Positions 33,518-45,093 of a stretch of DNA of 64,000 bases are shown here, one piece after another (position 1 is the stretch's first letter; every line of letters begins with the position of its first letter). Below the pieces are notes generated by a model. That model ran no database searches and was not told the DNA's origin. It saw nothing but the letters and a program-made list of their open reading frames with translations. The DNA is from Cladosporium halotolerans (taxonomy: Eukaryota): positions 496,001 through 560,000 of the forward strand of contig NW_027191455.1 in the NCBI RefSeq assembly GCF_011745625.1, read 5' to 3'. Position numbers and translations under genes: made by a program.

Positions 33518-36500
33518 CTACACCTTCATGATTGATACCCCATGTACGAAGGAGCTTTGCTTGCTGCGAATTTGACAGGAGAATCCTGAGCTTCTAGCTT
33601 CACACGACTGTGCCTCGCCAGATAAGACCAGACTACGACGCAGGACAAAAGCTTTCGGAATGATAAAGATGCCCTTGATACGCTTGTCCAAGTACGTCCA
33701 GAGCTCTTCACCTACGCCTCCTGCTCTACGCAATTTTCTCTACTTGTTGCTACGTCGACTTTTGCCCTGCGACTGTTCCTTATTAAAGATTCTACGGATG
33801 ATTGCCCATGCAAATTGCACAGGGCCAAACGCGTCTTACAATGGAACTTGCCGTGAGTACAGAGACCAATCGCAACCATGGATCATAGTCTTCAGAATCT
33901 GAAAAGCTGCGCATTGGGCTCTGGCCCTGGTCTCAGGTCACACAATAAGACTGCTGGCGCATGCTGACCCTTTCGGTCTGGTCTCAACGTATGGCAGCCC
34001 GAGCTGTTACGCAGGCGACAAAGATAGCTGTGGGTCCCTTTTAGCCGAAAGGTGTTCCCGTCCCAATGGAAGAACTAATTTTGTGTCCGTACCTGCAGCT
34101 CCTGCCCACACGCGACAAGGCGGATATGAAAAGCGATCGATGGCTTTTAACGCCTGATTTTGTTGCCATGAACGCTGTCCAAAATTAGAGAGGGCTCACC
34201 ATGAGTCAGTATGCCTGTACGTTTACGGACATGCATGCTCACGGCTCTCCCGTCGCGTGCCGTGTCGTTGAGGGAAAAAGCATGCAAGAGAATCCTCCAC
34301 TATGCCTGTTCCGATAGAGGAGACGGGATATCTGTCGTGTGACGCGGCAGCCGTTTGCATATCCGGCTCGTGCTGCCTTCGTCCAGTGGCCTAAGTCGTG
34401 ATCGGACACCTGTCAATATCATAGTAGGGTTTCATGGCGTAGAAGGTCCACGTCCAAGTGGTAGACGTCGGCGGCAGTCAGGTAATGCACAATCGGAGCG
34501 CATATCTGCTCTGCAGCCGTAGACCAAGATGAATGAGAGCATCTCTTGTGGGTCGCTGATCTGCCCCTACCTTAACAGACACGATCTTGTTGAAGTCGCC
34601 TCGTCTTAAGTCTGCACTAAGCAGCGCTACAAGGAGCGAGACATAATGACCGATAATCATCTCCTGGCTCAAGTCGCTTGAACGGCAGCGAAGCGCGCAT
34701 GTGGTGTGACGAAATCGAAGGCAGTGTGCTAAATGGCCGGAATGTGATGCGCAAGGGTAATCACATTTCCCAAGGCATACTTTGCGTCACCATACCAATT
34801 CGGTAACGAATGAAAGTAGACATTCCCGGGATGTAGAGGTCAACAACGTCGGGCTCCTATGATCAGTGCAAGGGTGGAAGCAACTGAGATGCACAAGGAC
34901 GATTGAGATCGCCTCGCGAAGAGAATAATGACCTTGCGCGTTGTCGGATACTTATCTTGACCCCGATTCCTCTGCCTTGATCTGACACATACCTCTTGGA
35001 ACCTCACAGGTCGAATGCTTCCAAGTCCCAAGAAGTCGTCAACCAGCGAAGCACATGCTTAATATATCTCTTCGGAGCGTGCCGGACTGGACTGCAAAAG
35101 GAATACGCACGCAGCTGGAGCGGCCCGGCTGGCTCACTTTCAAGACTCCGCGCCAAAGAAATGGGTCTTGGGCCAAGCGAGGCATGGCGTCGGGGCGAAC
35201 TTGTAAGCGCCTAATAAGGTATTGCTCTGTCAGGTAGCTTGCATACGGTACGCACAGTGCGCGTGGGAAATTGGCCTGCTTTCCGCTCTAGCTGTGCTGG
35301 TAAAAGACAGGTGTTCCCGACTCCCACGACAGGTGCGTTTCTCCCGGCTCTTTCGACTTTCTCCAGTGCATCGATTGCGTCTCAATCGCGAGCTCGACTA
35401 GCCACGCCATTTTCGGGACCGCGGGAACATTTCGGAACAATTTTGATTCCAGGATACAACACGGAAGCCTGACGCTTGCTTCAACCGAAGGGTCCGGCTG
35501 AAGTAGGAGCACCACATCCTCCCGTCTCGGTAACAGCGTCTGGAACATTTGCGGCGGTCAAACTTGATGTCACACTTGATGGAGCCCTCTCAATTATATT
35601 GCGCTGAGGTATCAGCCTATAGTCGAGGGCCTGAAACTAGGGCCGACCGGTTACTCACAGTCAACGACAAAGATCCCAGTGAAAATCGCCATGCGCGGGA
35701 CGACGGCTCCGGCTGGGCGTCTGAGATCTCGAATCGATCTAGGGCTCAATCACCACCAGACCACGAGACCACAGTTGCAACACACCGTGCGACAATTCTG
35801 ATACCGCTTGACTCTTGCGATACGCAGAAATATAGCACTGCACTTGCACTTGAGCGGCTTGTGTATTGAAAAGAAAGCCACTGTTCCGCTGTTTGGAACA
35901 TGCGTCGCACCATACCCAATCAGGATATTGCAAAGTTTAATTCCCTGGCGTGGGCGTTAAGGTGTATTGAGATCAAGACTGCAGGATGGTCCGGGCATGA
36001 AAGTCTCTTGATTGATACACAACTATATCTGCTAGCATCTGCAGGGTGCGGTGTTTGCCAACGCCGTGCTCTTTGGACGAGCGACGCGGCCTGTTCGTCT
36101 ACGCGTCTATCTGGCGGCCTGCCACGTCCTAGCGCTGGAGGTAAGAACAACGCTCCATCGCCCGCTGAATCGCGTACTTCACAGTCGTCGACGCGGACGC
36201 GGGTCACCGCATCGTCATCGTCGCCGTCGGTCTCAAGAAATTTTCGGCCAATCGACAAGCGACACTGAACGGTTCCCATCCAACTCATATGCATCTTCAT
36301 TGTCATCCAATGACAGTCTGGGGTGTATCAAATATGCCGGAATGGGGGATAAATGTCGTCGCTGTTGTACGACTCTAGATCGACTGATACGCTGCGAACG
36401 TATCCTGGTTTCCTCGACAGCATTGCCTCTCGAATCCACAGCCATTGAGGATAATCGTCGGCAACAATATGAGCCTCGACGCAGGACGATGGGGGGTCGG

Positions 36501-36619
36501 TCCACTTGTGCTGCTTTGCTGATTGGGAACATGGTGGATTTCTCGACGCCGAGATCGCACAAGAGGGCCTTAAGCTGTTGCAGGTGCCGAAAAATTTGTC
36601 AAAGATTGTCCGACAACCA

Positions 36620-37660
36620 TCAGCCAAATCCAATGCGAAGATCCTGGAGGCCGTGGAAGAAGTTCTTGCAAGGCTCATCTAGAAAGCTCACAGGGAAGAT
36701 AAATTCCAGCAAGATGCCTCGGACGTGCTCCCAGATTTGGACGTTGAGATCTTGGAACAAAGTATGCAAGAGCTGGTGAAAGATGCTCGCGGCAGCACCG
36801 GCACCTGTCGTTACGCTAATGATGAATACAGCCCAGAGGGACGCTTGTGCCGTTTTTGGCTCCGAAAGAGCGCCTTGATCCATGGTTACGACTTCAGACC
36901 AGGCCGCTGTCAGGCCAGCGTCGTATTCAGCAGCGCCGGCAATCTTTTTGCCGTCAGCGCGTTGGCCTTGGAATATCGTAAGACAGGTGCAGGCTATCCG
37001 AAGGTGACCTTGGATAGGATGGCCGGGTAGCGGTAGATTGCTCGTGGCTGCACCAGCGGAGGAGACGATCAAGTCGAGGATGAGCTGATGGAGCCTGGAC
37101 TCAACACCAGGACTACCAAAGTCGAAGCAAGCGGTCCGACTGATGAGCGTAAGGAACTCGGCGGAGATATCGACTCTTTGCCTCAGTGTTGCGAACCCTC
37201 GAGGGACGGCCAGCGGAAGTTGTCGACCACTTTCTATTCCAGTGTTGGGAAGCATGGCTTGGTTTGGCAATCCGCCAATGCCAGGTATTTGTGGAACACG
37301 GTTGTCGCTGAGGGCGGATAGGCCCTGATTCATGATTGCGGCGCATGACGCGCCACTCAGCCAGGCCAACAACGGCGGCTGGCTCGGCGGTGGCGGCTCT
37401 TGTATACCAAAGGCTGTGAGCTGCTCGTGCGGTGATTGGGCTCCTCCTCTGCCTTCGCGTTGATCCCGATTGCGAGCTCTGGTGATTCGGCTCTGAGCAG
37501 CACTGGCGCGAGCTGCCTGTGCGCGGACCAGTCGACGCGATGCTTCGTCATGCCGGCCTTGCTCAGACACGATGACCAAAGGAGCATTCTGCGACACGCG
37601 GAAAATGGTATTCTGTCCACCACCGGCCGGAGACCCGCTGTCTTGGGGACTTCGAGGCAT
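36620..37660 (-). CDS. Hypothetical fungal protein (346 aa), possibly transcription-factor-like
   Basis: Long ATG-initiated ORF. Basic N-terminal helix DEASRRLVRAQAARASAAQSRITRARNR, followed by a helical C-terminal domain reminiscent of fungal TF-associated domains. No Zn cluster. Confidence 0.7.
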   Translation of the reverse strand: MPRSPQDSGSPAGGGQNTIFRVSQNAPLVIVSEQGRHDEASRRLVRAQAARASAAQSRITRARNRDQREGRGGAQSPHEQLTAFGIQEPPPPSQPPLLAWLSGASCAAIMNQGLSALSDNRVPQIPGIGGLPNQAMLPNTGIESGRQLPLAVPRGFATLRQRVDISAEFLTLISRTACFDFGSPGVESRLHQLILDLIVSSAGAATSNLPLPGHPIQGHLRIACTCLTIFQGQRADGKKIAGAAEYDAGLTAAWSEVVTMDQGALSEPKTAQASLWAVFIISVTTGAGAAASIFHQLLHTLFQDLNVQIWEHVRGILLEFIFPVSFLDEPCKNFFHGLQDLRIGFG

Positions 37661-40600
37661 CTCTCAAGACTGTGGCAAAAGACGATGGTGGCGAAAGGCC
37701 TGCGGGGCGTAAAGCGTGTCCGGCCGCAGAATGAATGTCGTACGGCCAGGGCAGAGGCCGAAGACGTCTCGACTTCTTCTCCACCCCCCGGCGGAGGCGG
37801 GAATATAAGGTGAGTGGAGGCCGGCCGCTGCGAGGCCTGTCCGGCGGACGAAGCCGAATTTCTGTCGATATGTTTGCAACGCGATGCGGAGCGTGACTGC
37901 CGGCTTAACCAACTAGGTTCAAACGCGCATGGCGTGGATCCGGGTGGCTAATGCAGTCGCTGCAGTCTGTCGCAAGGAGGCGTGCGTTCACACCTGACAC
38001 TAAGAGTTCGTCTGAATCTCCAAACAATGGCGACAGCCCCGAATTTGCCGGATCTCGAACGCCAAGCACCAGATGGCGTTGCTGCAGTTGAAGGGAACGC
38101 TCTCACCGGCACTCAGTAGTATGACCGATCGTCAGGCGCGCCAGGGCTCGAGCGGTAAGATCGCACAAGCGCAGCGCGATGTTTTAACTATACTCGACCC
38201 GCCAAGCCGCGTTGCGCATGGCAATGTACCTTCTCCATTCGATGACCACCATTGCATGTCTGTCGTAAGCCCGGCGTCCGTTCAGTCTTCGCGTGCCAGT
38301 CACGCAGTGCGGCGCCTGCTGCTGGTCGCGGCAACGTCATAGCCGCGATCGCCATGTTCTGCCAGGGCATCATCCCGGAGAGGCTCGATGCGCGGATGAG
38401 GCTCCAGCGAGACCCGAGTACCAGCGTGACTCGGCAAAGAGGACCTGCTCCGCGGTGCTTAGGGTCGCCTTTGCTTTGGCTAGCAGCGTGCTAGCGGCTC
38501 AGAAGCATGGGCTGCCCGAAGCATGCGCAGCCAGAGAGCCACAGTTTCAGGTAAGGTAGCCGGCCGTCCACGGCCACCGCATTGAAACATGTTCACGGAA
38601 AGCAGACAATAACACCAACTCCGCCTGCATACTCTCTGACAGACAGTGTCTTCTGGCCAGCAGTGTGCAGTATGAGGCGTTCCGCTCCTACAGGAGTCAC
38701 TTGCACTAACCGCGTTGCAGCGGACCCTCGGGAAAGAGGGCTGTCAAAAACGCTCCCCGTACCTTGCTGCCCGAGATGCACGGACGGCTTCGTCGAGCAA
38801 GAGGCGCTGCTGAATGCCATACCCGGCGCTGCCGTCTGCTGCAAAAGGCGGTCTCCACGATCAACTTGGGCTGATCTCGAACGTTATTCCTACACCTCGT
38901 TCACCAGCACGTTACCTTAGATAATTAGCAGAGCGCTTACACGGCTACAGACCACCCGTTTCTCTGAAGTGCCTGACACGCCTGGTTGCTCAATTAAACT
39001 TTACTCTGCGTTTCCCCAGACAGGCCATTGCCACGGTCGCTGAAACGCTTTCAGCGACCCGGAGCCTCGTGGTCAACCGTTCGGCGTTGGCTCCGCTTTT
39101 CACGAAGCTTGCGTTTTTGCCACTGAGACTTGGTAATGGGGGATCGCAATACTGCTCAGCTTCTTCAAAGATCGTCCGGTGGCGGGTCTGTCTTTGGCGC
39201 TTGTGACGAAGACATCACAAGTTTGCGGTGAGACCCACCTGCCATGGATTAGGGCATCTCTTTGGCAGACGCACGGCTCTCCACCAATCATCAATGTCTA
39301 GTCGACGAATCCGTCCCACCAACGTCTCTTCCAATTGGCTGTACTGGTCAGGCCTAGACAGGGAGTCATTCCGCTGTTAATGCCGCCGTTCGCCCGGAGT
39401 CGGCGACAGGACCACCGCCCTCAGGCCCTCGAGCTGTCGCACAGCGAGCCAACGTTCTTCTCGCCTGCAAAGATGTCGTTGTGCTGCACGCGTGCCGTGT
39501 CTTTGAGACACTGAAAGGGGCATGACTGCAGCAGTGGAGTGGGCTGCCCTGGTATTGAACGCACCATCGCTTGTGCCATAGAGCTCATCAGCTGTCGACT
39601 CGAGCTCGCGTGGTGACAAGTCTGCGAGCTGTACCTCGGAATATCAAAACGATGCCTACGCGACATGTAGGGGCTTTGTCTCAGACTACTCCACAATGCG
39701 ATGGCTCTCGGCGGGGACATGCGCGAACTGCATCAGAAACGTCGCGTAGTCGGTGAACGTAGGTAGCCGTGGTCGGGCCTTTATTGTCGAAGTGGATCTA
39801 TTCGAAAATAGAGTAGCTCGCCATAACTTAAGCCGCAATTAATGCCGCTGTGGCCGTTGTGCGGTGTGGAGAGAGTTGGTGTGCCACCAGCCGCGACTAT
39901 TGTTGTCGCTTGCGCATTTTCAATTCAAATTGATGCCTGAGATTGTGTGAAGCCACTCAATAATGCTGGGTTTCTGGACGGCAACGTCGTTTGCAGCACG
40001 GCATCGCAAGCGAGCCTCATCAGCAGAGACAAGGGTGTTGCCGCGTTTCAGCCGTGCGATGCATGTACAACCAAAAATTGCACGTGGTTTGTATTGCAAG
40101 CCAACCGCGCCATCCTTGTCTTTGCGTCGGAAGAGACAACCCGACACGCTGGGCAGGACGGGAAGGGGAATTTCGATTTTCAGACGCCAGACACTGCACT
40201 ATCTGATTTCGGTCCAACCCCACTGTATCTCGGTTCTCTGAGGAGTCACGCCTACTATGGACAGACTATAACGTTCCAGCGGCTTGTGGGCCTTTTGTTT
40301 GCTTGCCCTGTGACTGTGGCCCCATAGATCGGCGCTACGCAGGCCTACAGATGCCCAAGGGTGACAGTACGCTTCCGGAATCCGAGGCAAGCCTAACCAC
40401 TCAGCAGGAGACTTAGTACGGGACTTATTAATTCCGGTTCGCGCGAGGTCGAGTACCATTTTTCTATGAGAGTAGGGCTGGAATACATGACCCGCTGCTT
40501 TTGGGCGGTCTAGACGTACAAATGGGTTCCTGGCGTATCTTCTATGCTTGACCCGACGTCGGACATCGGAGGTTTTTGCCTCGATCTTGCACTTTGCATC

Positions 40601-41082
40601 ACTAACTCCACCGATGCGAGAGGCTGATTTTCGCCTTCACAAGACTTTGCGGCTCTTTGCGCGCTATCACGGAGATTGAAGCCGAGGCGTGGACAGTGCG
40701 CGACCTTGTAGCCGAAGCACTGTTGATATCGAGTCACGCGCGAGTGACTCTGATGATCTAATGTCTTCGACTAAGGTAACGCTCCAAATCCACCAGGGAC
40801 ATGCATGTAAATGCTCACCGGTCCATTTCCAAAAGCCCAGATGCCCAAGGATAAGCGGCTTAGCAGTCGACCCTTCACAATTCGGCAAGCGATCAGGCAG
40901 AATACAGAATTACCTAGCGAGGGACTTTCCCGAAGAAGTCGTCAAAGCAAAAGCATTTCAGAATAGTACACTGGACTCTGAAAACGATGGAATCGATTTC
41001 TGCTCAGTTCTGGCAACGTGGAAGAGCGGCGGGCTATCGCAATGGAGTGTAATCCACGGCCTATCCCTGCTATTCCTTCGCA

Positions 41083-42012
41083 TCATAACAACGACTCCCT
41101 GACCCCATCGAGGCTTTTCTCAAAGCCAAGTACCGGTTTCCCCCCCTGCACACGAGTGTCGACAATCTGCTTGATCACTTGCCTTTCTTGGAAAGTCCTT
41201 GTGCCCACCACAACAAGCACCTCCGGCGGCTCTCCCTCCCAGTCACAAAGCCACCCCATCGCCCACGCCACTTGGTCCAAGCATCCGCACGGGCAGAAGC
41301 AGTTCTGCACGTTGACCTCCAAGCGACGGAGAGCTAGCTGATGAATCTGGCAAACTAGTGGCATCCAGCACATGTGCAGCAGCTCCCACTCAAGCTCTTC
41401 GTGGACATGGGCTCTCCATCCGTCGAGATCCCAGGACGGGTGACGACCGAGCCAATCATCTTTCATGGAAATGAAATGGGCCATCCTCTTTTGCGAGTCA
41501 CATGCCCTGTGGTCGAAGGCGATGCTCAAGCGACGTATGTGCGAGTCGCGCGGCGGGAAGAGCCCCTAGCTCAGGTACGGCAAGGCGCAGTCGGCGCCCA
41601 TGACGTGGAAGGTGTTCCTGGACAGGTAGTACTGCATCGCCTCATCCCGGAGCTGCTTGCTGACCAAGAACAGCTGTGTCTGGGGATTTGTTGGCGCGCC
41701 GCGCCTAGCTCGGCGCGATGTTTGTGCGAGCCATCTTACTGGGGTGGTCTCGACGCCTGAATCCTCGATGATGTTGGCGAAGCGAATGTCGTGGGCCGCG
41801 GCTTTGGCGGACCAGCGAATGTAGACGTTGCCTGGGTTGAGAATGTAGTCGAACACCTCAAGCCTGAGCTCCGACGGCAACCCCATGAGGCTGAGGCTGA
41901 GGCGAGGTGATGGTTTCGAGCCAAGAGCGAGCGCGGCAAGTTCCATTCTGACGCTGAAGATGGAATTGTATGTGCGTTTGAGCACCGATGCCGATGGGCC
42001 CGTATTAGCCAT
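41083..42012 (-). pseudogene. F-box-like hypothetical protein (309 codons) interrupted by a single in-frame TAG at 41568-41566; pseudogene or recoded gene
   Basis: ORFs 42012-41566 and 41529-41083 are in the same frame, linked by 12 sense codons (GLFPPRDSHIRR). N-terminal LMGLPSELRLEVFDYIL and LFLVSKQLRDEAMQYYLSRNTF are typical F-box-like fungal motifs. C-terminal NCFCPCGC. Confidence 0.7.
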
Positions 42013-42450
42013 CGGACGCAGCTGCGAACTAGCTTCGTGTCGGCAGATGTATCGGTCTGTGCAACTTTTGTTGAACTGGCGTTCGCCAGTGTGGATGCCT
42101 GTTTATCGTATCCCTGTCGTGATCCGAGTGATTTCCGGTGAGCGTAAGAACGATCTGGTGTTAGTCGATATTCTTTGAACGAATCGTAGCAATGCCAATA
42201 CTGATGGCTCGGTGACGGGAGGTTAGCGATGATCGTCATCAAACGTGTGAATCGCGTTGAACCAGAGCAGCGACAAGGATGGTAGAGATAGTCACAGTCG
42301 GGCTTCGGAATTAGCCCAGAAACAGGCAGGAGCATATGTAGCACAGCTGAAGACACAAGCCGGCATCCCTAAGACATGGCAAGCACAGATGGCGAAAGCC
42401 AGGTGGAAGAACATTGACAGTTGCACTTGACGTCGCCAATGTGATGTTAC

Positions 42451-42466
42451 TAGGGTTAGGGTTAGG
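42451..42466 (+). repeat. Interstitial telomeric-type repeat TAGGGTTAGGGTTAGG
   Basis: About 2.7 copies of TTAGGG read directly from the sequence. Confidence 0.7.
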
Positions 42467-42771
42467 TTTCCAATAGATGCCTGAAAACACCCCCTAGGAC
42501 ATCGAATGCAATGTCTGTGTGTGTATGAGGCTTGCAGCAATCAATGGGCATCCTGAGAGGCTGATTTGAGAGTGCAATTAAAATCGCAATGCGATTGATC
42601 AAAAGTTCTGGCGATGTTGTCGAAAGTACACCCAATTTTGGCGAGTCTCAGGAGGGGGGAATGCTTTCAATTCAACAGTCAGAATTTCTTCGTGACACGA
42701 CAGTGTCCCACTGACGAGGTATATTCATACGTGCGTGTCTCATCTATCTTCTCGTTACACCATTTCCAATC

Positions 42772-44547
42772 CTAATCCAGGAAGTCCCTGTCTGTCTCGG
42801 CGCCGTACTCCAGCACGACCCACTGACAAAACTTCTCCCATTCCTGATGCCACTCACGCATCCTCTCGGCTCTAATACTCTTGCCGAACCTGCCGTCCTT
42901 GATCTGTTGAGACCATTCTTTCGCCGGAACATCATCGAAAGCTGCCCAACGCACGCTGTTTTCAGCCAAGCTGGCCAAACCGCCCAAGCCCAGATTCTCC
43001 CAGCCCTGGAGAGCTTGCCAGAAATCGTGTGACATTCCAGTCATTCCCTGCCCAAGAACAGCAGGATCATCATTACACAGCGCACAAGGGACCCCGCGTG
43101 CGAGAAGCGCCGGCAGAGGATGCGAAGCGATGCTGCCGGTCAGACGCAGGACTTCGTTGCTGATCGGGCAACTTTCGATGAGGATCTTCTTGTCTTTGAT
43201 CATGTCGATTAACAAAGGATGCTTGTAGGCACTAAAGCCATGGCCTATCCGGCGTGTGCCCAAAAGTACCGCATCAAAGAGATTCTCATCTACTTCATCT
43301 CCGTCGCCTAGAGTCTCGCCCGCATGGAAAAAGAAGGGGATGTCGACACCAGCTTGTGCGCATTGCTTTTTGAACCAGAATAGTTCAGGCGTGAGCTCTG
43401 CGAGACAGCGTCCAAGGTCTTCTTGACCGACAAGATCGTAGCCGGCAATGAGTTCCGGGAATTCTTGCTTCATTGCTATGCATTCGAGCATGTCGTGTGC
43501 GATCGTTTTGCTGTCAAAGCTGCGAATGGTGGTCCAAATCAGCCTCGCACCCCAGAACTTCTGTCCTTCCTCTGACTTCTTGAAATTGTCAATCTCCTCT
43601 TGCAAAGCCTGCAACATGTGTGAGTAGTCCTCGTCAGGTTTCTCCTCGCCCGCTCTAGTGAATGGCACGACGAACACAGAACGAATGTCCACCCATCTCA
43701 CGCCGTCTTCGAGGAGGCCCTGAAGAATGTTGCGAATGAATTTGCGGAAGATAGGCTCGTAGTGTTGAATTGAGGCAAGGATACCGAAGCAGCTTGTGAA
43801 CTTGCGCCACACAGCGTTAGGACCAAGGTGCTGATCAATGGATTCCTGACGGGTAATTGTGACGCGAGATTTGAGCCATTGGACGAAACCCTCCTTGCCA
43901 CCATTCGGAAAATCCTTTGCAGCCACACCGATAGAGATTGAATCGTTGGCTTGATACGCCGAAGTCCAGATCGGCTGCGCGTTGGCAATGTTTTCAGCTT
44001 TGACATGCCGGAAGATGAACGGAGCATCACGCAAAGAATCTTCATTTGCAAGAGGAACGTCGGCGGCGATACAAATGCCTTCCTCGTTGAAAGCCTCCTC
44101 GATCAGCCAGTCAAGATCACCCATTGCTTCAAGGTGGCAATGGAGAAGGGCTCCCTTGGGCATTTTGCGGATGATCTGCCAAAGCTTTGATTGTTCCATT
44201 CGTCCTTTGGCCAGGTTGAACATCATACCAGGGAAGACTTCGACGCCTTCCTTCTTGGCAACTTCGTCTTCGAAATCATGGGTCCAGAGAGTCTGCTGCT
44301 CCTGAAAGCGAATGGCAGAGACGGTAGAAGCCGCTTCCGCTGCCATAGGCGTCATGTTCTCGCGAAAAGCGTGGTCGCTTCGTTGGCGTTTCTCTTGCGC
44401 GATCAGACTGTCCCGTCCGTCCAGATACTTTTGAATGAAGGGCTCTTCGAGTGTCGGAATGCCGAGGTCCTCCTCCTCCACGCCCACATCATCATCCTGA
44501 ACACTGAGATTCTCGACAGGTGCACTGATTTCCCTTGGATCAGTCAT
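42772..44547 (-). CDS. Adenosine deaminase, ADGF/CECR1 (ADA2) family (591 aa)
   Basis: KMPKGALLHCH, IAGYDLVGQED.G, FFFHAGET, DAVLLGTRRIGHG, ESCPISNEVLRL and NDDPA motifs. First in-frame ATG at 44547. Confidence 0.93.
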   Translation of the reverse strand: MTDPREISAPVENLSVQDDDVGVEEEDLGIPTLEEPFIQKYLDGRDSLIAQEKRQRSDHAFRENMTPMAAEAASTVSAIRFQEQQTLWTHDFEDEVAKKEGVEVFPGMMFNLAKGRMEQSKLWQIIRKMPKGALLHCHLEAMGDLDWLIEEAFNEEGICIAADVPLANEDSLRDAPFIFRHVKAENIANAQPIWTSAYQANDSISIGVAAKDFPNGGKEGFVQWLKSRVTITRQESIDQHLGPNAVWRKFTSCFGILASIQHYEPIFRKFIRNILQGLLEDGVRWVDIRSVFVVPFTRAGEEKPDEDYSHMLQALQEEIDNFKKSEEGQKFWGARLIWTTIRSFDSKTIAHDMLECIAMKQEFPELIAGYDLVGQEDLGRCLAELTPELFWFKKQCAQAGVDIPFFFHAGETLGDGDEVDENLFDAVLLGTRRIGHGFSAYKHPLLIDMIKDKKILIESCPISNEVLRLTGSIASHPLPALLARGVPCALCNDDPAVLGQGMTGMSHDFWQALQGWENLGLGGLASLAENSVRWAAFDDVPAKEWSQQIKDGRFGKSIRAERMREWHQEWEKFCQWVVLEYGAETDRDFLD

Positions 44548-45093
44548 GTCTGTACAATCTTCTCCGGCAAAGATCCAGCAATCCAAATGTATAGATGTTG
44601 CGACCCTTGTTGGTGTCAAATTGAGGGGACGGGTGGCCACTGCGAGGCGCTGCGGGCCAGGCAGATAAGCGTCGGCGGGACAGGCTGATAAGCACCGGCC
44701 CGCGCGGCTTCCCCACAGCACGCTAACCCGCTGGCTGGAACCTGAGCCACGTCCGTCATGGTCATTCGATCACGCATCCTGGTGAGGCGTCGGGATCAAC
44801 ACTGCGTCTGCTTGACCACCTGCCACGCTTTACATGGCTTGCTCTTCTGAAGAGCTGCTTCACTGACACCTAAACCTCGAGACCCCAGCGCACGCAAGTT
44901 ATGGCTGCATGCTTTACCACGGAACCATCATGATTCACGAACACCGCCAAAGCGAAAGGCATACGACCACTCCGCTCGCTTTTCTTGTCCCACATACCCG
45001 CGGCCAAACCTTCTTGCAAACATCCCGGTAGCATATTTGCCTCCTTAACCCTCCAGCTCATCGGTCCTTTCGCTCCCTACAATATCCGCGATC

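Noticed and set aside
33515..33535. NSE3 stop TAG CTA as a readthrough signal
   Set aside because: The efficient fungal motif is TGA CTA, and the extension would be only LHLHD with no targeting signal.
42451..42466. Telomerase RNA template (CCTAACCCTAACCCTA on the minus strand)
   Set aside because: The intergenic space is only ~760 bp, whereas filamentous-fungal telomerase RNAs are on the order of 2 kb, and I see no supporting structural elements.
41083..44547. Adenosine deaminase as the enzyme editing the neighbouring UAG
   Set aside because: Its motifs are those of the ADGF/ADA2 TIM-barrel free-nucleoside deaminases. Fungal mRNA editing is attributed to the unrelated Tad2/Tad3 (ADAT) enzymes, so the adjacency is probably coincidental.
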